Both the position numbers and the translations under genes were made by a program. The notes under the pieces are model-generated. The model worked only from the letters and a program-made list of their open reading frames with translations. It was not told where the DNA came from and searched no databases. Shown here piece by piece: positions 46,392 to 56,311 of a stretch of 64,000 nucleotides of DNA. The first letter of the stretch is position 1. Every line of letters starts with the position of its first letter. The DNA is taken from the NCBI GenBank assembly GCA_963770835.1, contig CAVYRH010000010.1, forward strand, positions 96,001 through 160,000, in the 5' to 3' direction. Source of the DNA: an uncultured Pseudomonadota bacterium (GTDB taxonomy: Bacteria > Oederibacteriota > Muellerivitia > Muellerivitales > Muellerivitaceae).

Positions 46392-47721
46392 GCATAATCC
46401 CTCAATCTGGGTTTTTCTGTCATTTTTCGTTTTGGGATCTTTTTCATTCGGCGCGGATGATTTTATAACCCTTAAATATGCGGACGGAAAAAGTGAAGCC
46501 CGGGTCCAGGTCCTTCGTGATATGAAAGCCAAGGCTTATCTTCCTTTGATGGAGGTGGCCCGGTTTTATGGAGTTGAAGTTCAGTTTGATTCCCAAACCC
46601 GTAAGGTGTCCCTTACAAATGGGAAGGTACACGGAAACTTAGCTCTTTCCCAGCCTCTTTTTATGGCGACCGATCCGGATATGGCCGTGCCAATTGAACC
46701 CGTGGAAATGATTGCGGGCCGTTTAGGTATTCCTTCTTCCTCTGTTGAGGATGTTTTTGGAACCATCATGGATACCCAGGTCAGCTATTCACCCGATCAA
46801 CAAACTATTATGGCCGGAGGGGTGCGTGACGATGAGTTGCGTACAGCCTCCCCGGCCCAGCCAGTGACAAATTCGTCCGCCGTCCCCGCCACTCCCCCCA
46901 CCGTGGGGGTCACGCAAGTGGCCGTTTCCACGGTGGTTCCCACCTTGGAAGCGGCTTCAGCCGCAGAGGTGGAAATACCTGAAACTCAACCCGTCCGCAG
47001 TCTAGAAGAAGAACCATCATCCAACCAAACCATGCAGGTCCGACGGATCATCATCGATGCCGGACACGGAGGAACGGATGCCGGAGCGCCGGGTCTTGAC
47101 AAACGGTATGTGGAAAAGGAAGCCACGTTGGAAATAGCCCAAAAGGTTGCAGCTTATTTAAAACAGGAGAATCCGAACCTTGAAGTGTTCCTGACCCGGC
47201 ACGGTGATTATTATATTACGCTCAAATACCGCACCGATTTCGCAAATGCCCACGGTGCCGATCTTTTCGTGTCAATTCACTGTAACTCGAATCCACGAAA
47301 GGAGGCCCATGGCACAGAGATTTACCGGTACGGAGCCAAGGCTTCCAATAAATGGGCGGCTATGGCGGCCGAGCGTGAAAACGGACGGAACAAGGATAAC
47401 GAGTCCTCAATATTGATAGAACTTAAAAAGGATAGCTATAAAAAATACAGTCAAAAGCTTGCTGAGATTGTTGAAAAATCCATTGAAGAACGTTTGGGGC
47501 AGCATTTTCGAAATATCCAATACGCGCCCTTTTACGTCTTAGCCCACGCGGATATGCCGGCCATCTTGGTGGAAACCGCCTTTATCAGCAATCAAAAGGA
47601 GGAAAACAAGTTGAGGGACCCTTATTGGAAGGACAATATGGCTAAGGCTATCGCGGAAGGCATCCTCGGCTACAAGGACGTTGTGGAGGGAAACAGTGAA
47701 AACAAACAAGCTCGGCGCTGA
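46372..47721 (+). CDS. N-acetylmuramoyl-L-alanine amidase (Amidase_3)
   Basis: IIDAGHGG.D.GA, EK...L, LFVSIHCNS, PAILVETAFISN; signal-like N-terminus. Confidence 0.94.
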   Translation: MMPLKIKHNPSIWVFLSFFVLGSFSFGADDFITLKYADGKSEARVQVLRDMKAKAYLPLMEVARFYGVEVQFDSQTRKVSLTNGKVHGNLALSQPLFMATDPDMAVPIEPVEMIAGRLGIPSSSVEDVFGTIMDTQVSYSPDQQTIMAGGVRDDELRTASPAQPVTNSSAVPATPPTVGVTQVAVSTVVPTLEAASAAEVEIPETQPVRSLEEEPSSNQTMQVRRIIIDAGHGGTDAGAPGLDKRYVEKEATLEIAQKVAAYLKQENPNLEVFLTRHGDYYITLKYRTDFANAHGADLFVSIHCNSNPRKEAHGTEIYRYGAKASNKWAAMAAERENGRNKDNESSILIELKKDSYKKYSQKLAEIVEKSIEERLGQHFRNIQYAPFYVLAHADMPAILVETAFISNQKEENKLRDPYWKDNMAKAIAEGILGYKDVVEGNSENKQARR

Positions 47722-48532
47722 GGCGCTTCAGCAAGAGAATGGCGGGATCACTACGATAACATTTCCCCGCTTGGCCGATGAGAAGGTCCTGAAACACGCT
47801 ATTTCAACCCGGGTTGGCGGGGTTAGCAAGGGGACCTACCGGTCCCTCAATATCAGCCACAAAGTCCAAGATGATCCGTCGCGCGTGAAGGAAAATCGCG
47901 CTCTTTTGTCCCGGTCTGCGGGAATGGATCTGCGACAAATGGTTTATGCCGATCAAGTCCACGGTGACCAGGTTTTAAAATTGGATGCTGCCAACTATCC
48001 GCCGGGAGGTGGCTCGTTGGGGGAAGGCGACGGACTGATCACGCAGGAAAAGGGTATTCCGCTCATGCTCCTCGTGGCGGATTGTCTTCCCGTCATTTTT
48101 TATGATCCGACCCACCAAGCGGTCGGGTTATCCCATGCGGGTTGGAGGGGAACCGTGTGTCATATTGCGGCTAAGACACTACTAGCCATGGGGGAAGCCT
48201 ATGGAACCCGGCCGGAAGAAGTGAGGGTTGTATTAGGCCCCTGCATTGGAGCCTGCTGTTATGAGGTCGGGGCGGATGTTTTCAGGGAGTTTTCGGAAGT
48301 CTTTCCTTGGGCGGGAGAGGTTTTTCAAGGAACCTCCCCCGGGTATTGGAAACTCGATTTGGCGGAGGCCAACGCCCGCCAATTGCTTGAAATAGGCCTG
48401 AAAGACGGGAATTTAATAAGATCGGGGTTATGTACGATTCGCCATAACAGCCTGTTTTATTCCCATCGAGCGGAGGGGTCGGGAGCTGAACCAACCGGTC
48501 GGTTTGGTAGTTTTATTATGTTAAACAGTTAA
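47696..48532 (+). CDS. pgeF: Peptidoglycan editing factor / YfiH family
   Basis: STRVGGVS, QVHG, ADCLP, HAGWRG, GPCIG.CCYEV, FYSHR. Confidence 0.95.
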   Translation: MKTNKLGAEALQQENGGITTITFPRLADEKVLKHAISTRVGGVSKGTYRSLNISHKVQDDPSRVKENRALLSRSAGMDLRQMVYADQVHGDQVLKLDAANYPPGGGSLGEGDGLITQEKGIPLMLLVADCLPVIFYDPTHQAVGLSHAGWRGTVCHIAAKTLLAMGEAYGTRPEEVRVVLGPCIGACCYEVGADVFREFSEVFPWAGEVFQGTSPGYWKLDLAEANARQLLEIGLKDGNLIRSGLCTIRHNSLFYSHRAEGSGAEPTGRFGSFIMLNS

Positions 48533-48564
48533 CATGTGATAATATTGGTTTATGGAGGGTAGCG

Positions 48565-49257
48565 ATGGGTAGATTATCGAAAATTCTGGGTCCATTCTCT
48601 CTAGCTTGGCTCCTTGTGACGGCCGTAGCGGCCCAAACCGCTCAAACGGTTGAAGCACCTAAACCAGTCAATGATTATTACCAATCAGCGCTTCAAGCGT
48701 ATTTGACCGGTGATTTTGACGAAGCCATTTTATGGGACTCGAAAGCCCTGCAAGTGGACCCGCAGGACAAGAAAGCCAGCGCGCTCCTCAGTATTCTCGT
48801 TTCTGAAAAAGACACAGCCAATAAAACGGTGATTTGGATAGGCGGAAAACCAACGGTCGTCGAGAATGCGCTCGCGAACCAGGTCCCTCAAGTTCCCGTG
48901 ACTATTTACAAAGATAGGACAGGCCGTTCCGCCGCAGTTGAAAGCAGGAAAATGCAGGAATTAGAGACTCGCGTGCAAACTGTTGCTTTTCTGATGGAAA
49001 GAGATTCTTTCAACCAATATCGCGAACTTAGCGGCGCACAAGTCCAGACAAACAAAAACCTAGAAGAAATTTCCTTGAATCTCAAAGGACTGGGATTTGG
49101 GATGTGGATTTTATTCATCCTGGTCCTTGCGGTGGCGAGTCTCTCCCTCTGGAAAAGCTGGAAGAATGGCGAAGAGATAAAAAGACAAGCCGAATCATTC
49201 CACCGAACCGCTCCCACGGAAGAAAAGGGCCGGGTCATCAAAATTCACCGGATGTAA
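48565..49257 (+). CDS. Hypothetical exported protein: signal peptide, TPR-like segment, coiled coil, C-terminal TM
   Basis: SD GGAGGG; YQSALQAYLTGDFDEAI...ALQVDP; hydrophobic LGFGMWILFILVLAVASLSLW. Confidence 0.8.
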   Translation: MGRLSKILGPFSLAWLLVTAVAAQTAQTVEAPKPVNDYYQSALQAYLTGDFDEAILWDSKALQVDPQDKKASALLSILVSEKDTANKTVIWIGGKPTVVENALANQVPQVPVTIYKDRTGRSAAVESRKMQELETRVQTVAFLMERDSFNQYRELSGAQVQTNKNLEEISLNLKGLGFGMWILFILVLAVASLSLWKSWKNGEEIKRQAESFHRTAPTEEKGRVIKIHRM

Positions 49258-49297
49258 CTTGTTGGGCCACTTTGTTTAAACCCAAAAAGAGGAAGCT

Positions 49298-49480
49298 ATG
49301 GCGAATTGGATCAGGGAAATATTGATAAAACTTTACCTCTTGGACAGGCCTGTTGCCCAACGGGACAAAAAGGACCGGCGTAAGGTGGAAAGACGTTGGA
49401 AAGGTTCTGAAGGTGATTTTCCGAAACCTACGCGCGACTCCCGCCGGAAAAAAGAGAGACGGAAGAAAAAAAGAAGGTAA
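49298..49480 (+). CDS. Small Arg/Lys-rich protein (60 aa)
   Basis: SD GAGG; DRR..ERR repeated motif. Confidence 0.5.
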   Translation: MANWIREILIKLYLLDRPVAQRDKKDRRKVERRWKGSEGDFPKPTRDSRRKKERRKKKRR

Positions 49481-49516
49481 TGGCCGGGCGTTGGAATAAA
49501 TTCCGACTTCTTGTAA

Positions 49517-50545
49517 TCAGGATTGGCGCACTACCAATTGGGTCGGGATAAGAACCTGCCGGGTTTTCCAATCGTTGGGGTGTTGTATCTTCTCGATGAG
49601 TATTCGGGCAGCTTGTGTACTGATCGCCTGGTAATCCTGCCGGATGGTGGTAAGGAAATAAGGCGGAGCCGAGGCTTGGGGGATGTCATCGAACCCCACT
49701 AAAGCGATATCCTTTCCCACTGTCAGACCTTCTTCGACGATGCTATCCCAGGCACCTAACGCCATCAAATCATTCGAGGCGAAAACCGCGGTGGGCCTGT
49801 CTCTCAGAGCCAACAGCTTTTTCATGGCCCGCGTGCCAGAGCCCTTGCTGAAATCTCCCCCGACAACGTACTCCTCTGGTATCGGAAAGCCATACCGTCT
49901 CACGGCTTGTTGAAATTCCCTTAAACGGTCCGCCGCGTTCCCGGATATCGCCACTTCCCCGGTGATACAAGCGATTTTTTTGTATCCCCGGTTTACCAGG
50001 TGGCCCACCACCTCATCGACCGCTTTGACGTTGTCACTGTCAACGTAATCCACAGAGGGATCATTGACGCGGCACCCGATAAGGACCAGTGGAACCTGGA
50101 AATCTTTGAGTTGGTGCATTTCCTCCGCTTTGAGGTAAGGGGAAACCATCAAAACCCCGTCAACTGCGTTGCGGGCGACCCGTCGGTTGACTTCCTGAAG
50201 GTCGAAAATTCCGGAGAGGGTGTTCATCAAGAGGCCGTAACGTTTTTCCTGGACGACATCGTTGATACCGTTCAAGAGACCGAGATACCACTCGTTTTCC
50301 AGGTTAATTTGGATGCTTGACCAGGAAAAACAAACTTCGATCAAGTTAAACTGTTTCACCACCAGGCTTCGGGCGAAGGGATCGGTTTTGAAATTTAAAT
50401 CTAGGACGGCTTTTAAAACCTTTTGCCGGGTTTCTTCCTTCATGTTGGTTTTGTTATTCAAGGCGCGGGAAACCGTTGAAATCGAAACGCCAGCCCTGTC
50501 GGCGACGTCATAAATCGTTGGGTTTGGGTTGTGCTTGTGTTTCAA
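49517..50545 (-). CDS. LacI-family transcriptional regulator
   Basis: TIYDVADRAGVSISTVSRALN; PTAVFASNDLMA; VGFDDI; LVVRQS. Confidence 0.96.
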   Translation of the reverse strand: MKHKHNPNPTIYDVADRAGVSISTVSRALNNKTNMKEETRQKVLKAVLDLNFKTDPFARSLVVKQFNLIEVCFSWSSIQINLENEWYLGLLNGINDVVQEKRYGLLMNTLSGIFDLQEVNRRVARNAVDGVLMVSPYLKAEEMHQLKDFQVPLVLIGCRVNDPSVDYVDSDNVKAVDEVVGHLVNRGYKKIACITGEVAISGNAADRLREFQQAVRRYGFPIPEEYVVGGDFSKGSGTRAMKKLLALRDRPTAVFASNDLMALGAWDSIVEEGLTVGKDIALVGFDDIPQASAPPYFLTTIRQDYQAISTQAARILIEKIQHPNDWKTRQVLIPTQLVVRQS

Positions 50546-50631
50546 AGATTTTGTCCATTCCGTGGCTATTTATCGTATATATCATATCTTTTATAAAGTG
50601 TTTCACTGTCAATAAAATGCACAAGGAACTC

Positions 50632-50958
50632 ATGAAATCCTCACGCCCGCCCATACTCACTGTTTTCATTGTCGCCGGCCTCGTCGGATGTTTTTTAAAA
50701 ATGTTCATGGTCATTTCGCCCGCCGCCCACTCCGTGGCCCATTGGTACCCTCTTTACCTCTCCCTCAGCACCACTTACGAGACGATTTGTTTAGGAGGCT
50801 TGGGATTCATGAAGAAATGGGCGGTCCTCGCTTACAGCGGTTATGCGGTAGCCAACCAGCTTGTGTATTTAGCTTTGGGAAATTGGAACGCCTATGCCCT
50901 TGTCCCCTCGCTGGCTATCACCATGGTTAGCTGGATTTATTTTCGAAGGATGAATTGA
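50632..50958 (+). CDS. Small hypothetical membrane protein
   Basis: SD AAGGA then ATG 50632; about four hydrophobic segments; MKKWAV. Confidence 0.7.
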   Translation: MKSSRPPILTVFIVAGLVGCFLKMFMVISPAAHSVAHWYPLYLSLSTTYETICLGGLGFMKKWAVLAYSGYAVANQLVYLALGNWNAYALVPSLAITMVSWIYFRRMN

Positions 50959-51968
50959 TGATCCAAGGCACCCTGGTCTTACCCCGGCCCTTTTCTTTGG
51001 GCCTCACCCTCCTTTGCGGACAGTGTTTTCGTTGGGAAGGTCCCGACTTGAATGGGTTCTTGCAAGGAATCGCGGGGCAGGTTTTTTGGCGTTTAAGGCA
51101 GGAGGAAGACTGGCTTCATTGGGAATGTAGTTCGGAACTAGTCCAAAGCCGGTCGGCTTCCGATTGGCTTTCCCATTACTTATGCCTGGATGACGACCTT
51201 GGGAATTGGGCCCGTTCCTTGGAATCGGACCCAATCCTGGGTGACCCCTTAAAAATACTAAGTGGGCTCCGTCTATTGCGGCAGGATCCATGGGAATGCA
51301 CCATTTCTTACATGTTCGCGCAAGGGTTGTCGGTCACCGTGATCCGCCAAGCCTTGAGGAAATTTTGTGTGGAATATGGCCGGCTCATTCCAGGAGCGCC
51401 CGGTTTTTATGCTTTTCCCGAAGCGGGAAGGTTGACCCACCTTTCCCCGGATTTTTTGCGGCCTTTTACCAATAATTACAGGGCCCGGGCAGACCGGATC
51501 ATCCGGATGGCCAGGGTGGTCGAGGCAAAAGTGATCTCCCTGGAACATTTAAGGGGTATTTCCTGTGATGACGCCCGGGAGGCACTTATGGCCCTAGACG
51601 GAATTGGCCCCAAAATCGCCGATTGCATCCTGCTTTTCTCAATGGGACAGGTTTCGGCCTTCCCGGTCGACCGATGGGTATTGAGGGCCATGAAAAAGTA
51701 CTTCCCTGCAGTCAAGCTGTTGGGTTCCGCACGGGAAGCACCTACGCCCTCCCAATATTTAAAGATCGTACAGAAGGCGAGGGTCGCTTTTGGCGACCGT
51801 TGCGGGTTGGCCAGTGAATATCTCTTCCTGTACTTGAGATTGTTGGAGGAAGAAAAGCTTCTTCGGGAATTATCCCGGTTTTGCCAATTTCCTGACCGAT
51901 TATTGAACCTCCAACCGACCAACCAGTCCGGCAGTAAAATAAAAAAAAACCGGGCTTCTTTCCCTTGA
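50955..51968 (+). CDS. 8-oxoguanine DNA glycosylase (Ogg, HhH-GPD family)
   Basis: TLLCGQCFRW, LRLLRQDPWE, L.GIGPKIADCILLF, FPVDRW. Confidence 0.92.
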   Translation: MMIQGTLVLPRPFSLGLTLLCGQCFRWEGPDLNGFLQGIAGQVFWRLRQEEDWLHWECSSELVQSRSASDWLSHYLCLDDDLGNWARSLESDPILGDPLKILSGLRLLRQDPWECTISYMFAQGLSVTVIRQALRKFCVEYGRLIPGAPGFYAFPEAGRLTHLSPDFLRPFTNNYRARADRIIRMARVVEAKVISLEHLRGISCDDAREALMALDGIGPKIADCILLFSMGQVSAFPVDRWVLRAMKKYFPAVKLLGSAREAPTPSQYLKIVQKARVAFGDRCGLASEYLFLYLRLLEEEKLLRELSRFCQFPDRLLNLQPTNQSGSKIKKNRASFP

Positions 51969-52067
51969 AGTACTTTATAAATAACTCCAGAAAAAATATA
52001 ATAAGGAACCTTAGAAGTAAAAGCGGACTGTTAAGCCAGCCCCTTAAATCAAATTACAGGTCGACTT

Positions 52068-53480
52068 TTGAAACCAGTCATTCTAATCGTTGATGATGAG
52101 GAAAGCGTTCGGGAGTCTTTCCGTTTAGCCCTTCAAGACGACTATAAACTTGTCTTCGCCGAAGACGCCAAATCCACCCTTCGAACCCTTAAAAGCCAGA
52201 GTTTTGACCTTTGCCTCTTGGATATCATGCTTCCGGATGGCTCGGGGATCGACTTGCTAAGGCAAGTCAAGCGCCGCGATGAATCCATCGACGTCATTAT
52301 GGTTACTGCCCTTACGGGTGTGGACACCGCTTTGGACGCCATGAAGTTGGGGGCTTACGATTACATAACAAAGCCTTATAAAATCAATGAATTGTACGAG
52401 CTGATCAAACGGGTTTTGGCCAAAAGGGCTTTGGAAAAAGAAAACCGGTTTTTACGGGAGGAAATAAGTGCAAAAAAGCCCATTTGCCTTATGGGAAACA
52501 GCAAAGTTGCCCAAGAATTAGGTAAAAAAATATCGAGCATCGCCAATGCCGGATTACCTGTTCTCCTCCAGGGAGAAATGGGAAGCGGCGTCGAAGAAAT
52601 TGCGCGCGAACTTCATGCCCAGGGTTTAAAGCGCGGAGGCCCTTTCATTACCGTGTCTTGCGCGTCATTTTCTAAGGCGCAGCTGGAAAGGGAACTATTC
52701 GGTGAGGAGGGGGATGATTCCAAGAATAAATCCCCCCAAATCGGAAAATTGGAATTCGCCGACGGAGGGACTTTGTTCCTCGATCAGGTGGACCGCCTCC
52801 CTGTGGAAATCCAGGACAAGCTGTGGAAGGTGTTTTCCGACAAAAAAATGTACCGATTGGGAAGCCAAGTGGCATTGCCGCTCGATGTCCATGTTATTGC
52901 CTCCACCGACTCCGATTTGACCGTCAACCTGGCCAAGGGCGTTTTCCGAAGGGATTTTTACCAATTTTTGAGAACTTCCTCCATTATTCTTCCATCTTTG
53001 CGGGAACGGCGGGAGGATATCCCGGACTTGGTGGATTATTTTCGGGAAGTGGCCAACCAAAAAACTAAAATTCCCGTGAAAACCATTCAAAAAGAGGCGA
53101 TTCAGTTTTTGACCCAGTACGCCTGGCCCGGAAATCTCAAGGAATTGGAAAACACTATTGAAATGATGGTATTGTTCGCCGGGAAGGAAACCTTAACCAT
53201 TGAGGATATCCCCTTGGATATCCTCGTCAAACAGATTGATTTGGCTCGAAATAAGGAAGAAGCAAAACTGTCGCTCAAGAGGGTCCGCCGACAGTTCGAG
53301 CGGCAGTATATTCGCAAGATCCTGGAGAGGACTCGGGGAAACCAAACACGGACCGCTGCCACCCTGGGATTACACCGGAATACCTTAATTTGGAAATTGA
53401 AAGAACTGAATCTCGAGGAAGACTATAAGCGGATTGTGAAAAAGCGCCGTGAGCGAGGAGTCGGCTTTCGGGATTTATAA
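52068..53480 (+). CDS. NtrC-like response regulator (REC-AAA+-HTH) with degenerate AAA+ motifs
   Basis: REC (VDDE, LLDIMLP, TKP); ADGGTLFLD, WPGNLKEL; Fis-type HTH GNQTRTAATLGLHRNTL. Confidence 0.93.
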   Translation: MKPVILIVDDEESVRESFRLALQDDYKLVFAEDAKSTLRTLKSQSFDLCLLDIMLPDGSGIDLLRQVKRRDESIDVIMVTALTGVDTALDAMKLGAYDYITKPYKINELYELIKRVLAKRALEKENRFLREEISAKKPICLMGNSKVAQELGKKISSIANAGLPVLLQGEMGSGVEEIARELHAQGLKRGGPFITVSCASFSKAQLERELFGEEGDDSKNKSPQIGKLEFADGGTLFLDQVDRLPVEIQDKLWKVFSDKKMYRLGSQVALPLDVHVIASTDSDLTVNLAKGVFRRDFYQFLRTSSIILPSLRERREDIPDLVDYFREVANQKTKIPVKTIQKEAIQFLTQYAWPGNLKELENTIEMMVLFAGKETLTIEDIPLDILVKQIDLARNKEEAKLSLKRVRRQFERQYIRKILERTRGNQTRTAATLGLHRNTLIWKLKELNLEEDYKRIVKKRRERGVGFRDL

Positions 53481-53580
53481 CCTCGCTTTCCGGGGTCATT
53501 TTCAGTTGGATTTACCCTTTTTTAAGAAACTGGGCCTGGTGCAAAAAGCTTTAAAAACCCTTTAAAAATGCAAAAATTCC

Positions 53581-53609
53581 TTGCCAAGTGCCATTTACTC
53601 TTGTATAAA
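53581..53609 (+). promoter_or_regulatory. sigma70-type promoter of hup
   Basis: TTGCCA-17 nt-TATAAA. Confidence 0.65.
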
Positions 53610-53641
53610 TAGGCCGGATTTCAAAATCCAGGAGGTGGACG

Positions 53642-53917
53642 TTGACCAAAAGTGAACTGCTGGGGACTTTGGCGAACGATACTGGCTTGAAAAAAAAGGA
53701 CGTGGACAATGTTCTTCAGGCCTTGAGAAGCACGATTTATAAGACTTTGAAGAAGGAATTCAAGATTAAGTTGGATGGGCTTGGAGTTTTCCAATTGAAG
53801 GATCGTAAAGCACGAATGGCCCGGAACCCCCGTACCGGTGAGATGGTTAATGTTCCGGCCAAGAAAGTCGTCAAGTTCCGCGTTTTGAAGGATCTAAAAG
53901 AAGCTGTTTTGTCTTAA
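53642..53917 (+). CDS. hup: HU family DNA-binding protein
   Basis: MTKSEL, GLGVF....RKARMARNPRTGE, PAKKVVKF; SD AGGAGGT. Confidence 0.96.
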   Translation: MTKSELLGTLANDTGLKKKDVDNVLQALRSTIYKTLKKEFKIKLDGLGVFQLKDRKARMARNPRTGEMVNVPAKKVVKFRVLKDLKEAVLS

Positions 53918-53945
53918 AACAATTGTCTTTCGCAGGTTAAACAAG

Positions 53946-53985
53946 AAGCACCCTGTTTTTAAATAAAACGGGGTGCTTTTTTTTT
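53946..53985 (+). terminator. Rho-independent terminator
   Basis: AAGCACCCTGTTTT...AAAACGGGGTGCTT followed by a long T run. Confidence 0.88.
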
Positions 53986-54021
53986 CAGGGTAAGATCCTG
54001 TTCGATTGCCGGGAGAAAATC

Positions 54022-56304
54022 TTGCCGTTAAAGCCCCCCGTTCTTTTCAAAAAAATGAATTATCCCTTTGGTTTTCTGGTCCTTTTGTTATGGAGTTTTT
54101 TTGTTTTTGGTAAATTTTTCCCCGTTTTTATCCATCCGTGGGATCCGATCGAGACTGTCTTTGATTCAGGCCAGTTTTCAGCAATGGGATTCACGCAAAA
54201 GTTAAAGATTTGGGGGGGGTGCTTGACGACGGTCGCTGTGGGGATTTGGTGCGTTGGATCCCTTTGGAGTTGCGGGCGGTTCCTTCGGAAATGGATTTAT
54301 CTTCCGGCTGAAAATGAAGTTTTGGGATTCTGCCTCGAATTGGGATTGGGGTTCTTTTTTATCAATACCCTTTGGATGGGCTTGGGGCTTACCCGTCTTT
54401 GGTTTGAGCCCTTTTGGGTGGCAGGTGTCCTGATTCTCTCGGTTTTAATGACCAAAGACATCATGGAGATTCCCTGGGGAAAAATCAAATTCAACTTCCC
54501 CCTAAAACCACCCCCTGGTGTTCTATTGTTTTGCCTTGGAATCGGCTTTTTTTATTATGGTTTCCTGCTTCTGCACAGCTTCCTTCCCGAAACTTTTTAT
54601 GATTCCCTGAATTATTTTCTCGGCATGCCCCATTTTTGGCTTTTTCAACATGGAATTACCGATTACCCCACTCATCTTCTTTCAGGGTATTTCCACGGTG
54701 GATCGCTTTTTTACATGTATGCGTTTCTTTTAGGAGGAACGGAGGGGGCCAAGATATTAAGCGTTTTTGTGCTTGGGTTTAACGCCCTTTTCGCATTTGG
54801 CTGGGTAAAGGAAAAAGCGGGGGTTTTGGCGGGGGTAACGGCGGCTGTCGCGGTTACGACGTTTCCTTTAATTTATTTGAATGCTTGGGCGGCAAGGGTT
54901 GATGGGCTTTCCACTTTTATCGCGCTTCTTTTCTTTTTTTGCCTGGAAAAAGCTTGTATGGGTGAACCTGAAAAATGCCGGGGTGCGTGGATGGGAACCG
55001 CCGCCCTTTTCGCGGGTTTAGCCCTCTCTATCAAACCTACAGCAATCGTTGGAATCTTGGCCGCTTTTATGGGCGTTTTGCTCCAGGGATGGACCTTTCT
55101 ATTTCGGCGTAAATCCCTTTGGCTTGCCTTCCCAGGGTTTATCCTTTTGGAAACCGGACCTTGGCTCCTGAAAAACGCTGTTTTTACTGCTAATCCCTTT
55201 TTCCCTTATGCCATTTCATGGATGGGAGGCCGTTCTTTTCCGCTGGTCGGCTACGATCGGTTGCTGGGGGAAAACCGGCAATTTCTCCCAATGGACCATG
55301 GGTTTTTGTCCCTTTTGACCCTTCCATGGCGCTTGACCATGCCCCAAGCGGGGGATGGTCAGTGGATCGGACCACTTTTCCTGGCTTTCTTACCGGCGCT
55401 TTTCTTTCTTCAAACCAAGGATTTATCCCTCAAATTCCTTACGAAGACCGTCCTTTTGGGCTTTGTTTTAGGCCTTTATCTTTCACACATGCTTCGCTTT
55501 GTGATGCCATTTTTTGTTTTGTGTCTCCTTCTTTTTTCGGTCTTTTTCTTCGTACAAAAAGGTACCAGGTGGAAAACCCTTTGGATAACTTCAGTTTTGG
55601 CTAGCGCGATCCTATTTTTCGGAAATTATCTGGATTTAAGTGCCGCGCATTATGGCGGTTCTGGAATCTGGAGGGGATTGGAAACGAGGCAGGAATACCT
55701 GGACCAAGAACTTCCCAATTCTTACGAGCCGTTGGCCCGGTGGACGGATGAAAATTTACCCCAGGACGCGCGGCTTTTAATCGTGGGGGATTCGCGGGGC
55801 GTTTATTATGAACGCCCCTACTTCGCCCAGTCCGTTTTCGACGAGCCCTTTTTCGCCCGTGCGGCCCGGCGGGCCAAGGATGCCGGCGAAATTTCTCGGC
55901 AACTTCGGCAATTGGGGGTCACGCATTTGGCGGTCAATATCCCGGAGGGGTTGAGGGTTTCCAAAGAGTACCACCAGTACGAACTCAGTCCGGAGGAATG
56001 GGAAAGGCTGGATGACTTTTTCCGGTCGGGGTTAAAACCCATTTATTGGAGGAACTTTCAAGGTGTTTATGAGATAAAACCCCAAGGGAACGGATCGGCA
56101 AAGAACCCTGAAATCGATCCTTTTTCCTTTTTCTCTGCCCAGGCATATGATTTTGTCGAAAACTTCCAATTGAAAAATTTTCCCGGGGCCGAAGAGAACC
56201 TTTCCGAATTGTTAGTGCTTTTCCCGCAGGACGACTACTGGCGGAGCCAAAAAGCCCTTCTTCGGAAGGCCGAACGGGAATCCGCCTCGACAACCCGGAA
56301 TTGA
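54022..56304 (+). CDS. Polytopic membrane protein, GT-C (ArnT/PMT-like) glycosyltransferase
   Basis: Many TM helices; ETFYDSLNYFLGMP, GLALSIKPT, WLLKN..FTANPFFP; soluble C-terminal domain. Confidence 0.75.
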   Translation: MPLKPPVLFKKMNYPFGFLVLLLWSFFVFGKFFPVFIHPWDPIETVFDSGQFSAMGFTQKLKIWGGCLTTVAVGIWCVGSLWSCGRFLRKWIYLPAENEVLGFCLELGLGFFFINTLWMGLGLTRLWFEPFWVAGVLILSVLMTKDIMEIPWGKIKFNFPLKPPPGVLLFCLGIGFFYYGFLLLHSFLPETFYDSLNYFLGMPHFWLFQHGITDYPTHLLSGYFHGGSLFYMYAFLLGGTEGAKILSVFVLGFNALFAFGWVKEKAGVLAGVTAAVAVTTFPLIYLNAWAARVDGLSTFIALLFFFCLEKACMGEPEKCRGAWMGTAALFAGLALSIKPTAIVGILAAFMGVLLQGWTFLFRRKSLWLAFPGFILLETGPWLLKNAVFTANPFFPYAISWMGGRSFPLVGYDRLLGENRQFLPMDHGFLSLLTLPWRLTMPQAGDGQWIGPLFLAFLPALFFLQTKDLSLKFLTKTVLLGFVLGLYLSHMLRFVMPFFVLCLLLFSVFFFVQKGTRWKTLWITSVLASAILFFGNYLDLSAAHYGGSGIWRGLETRQEYLDQELPNSYEPLARWTDENLPQDARLLIVGDSRGVYYERPYFAQSVFDEPFFARAARRAKDAGEISRQLRQLGVTHLAVNIPEGLRVSKEYHQYELSPEEWERLDDFFRSGLKPIYWRNFQGVYEIKPQGNGSAKNPEIDPFSFFSAQAYDFVENFQLKNFPGAEENLSELLVLFPQDDYWRSQKALLRKAERESASTTRN

Positions 56305-56311
56305 GGGCACT

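Noticed and set aside
50581..50612. LacI operator and promoter upstream of the LacI gene
   Set aside because: TTGACA is present on the minus strand, but -10 spacing is poor and the palindrome is imperfect
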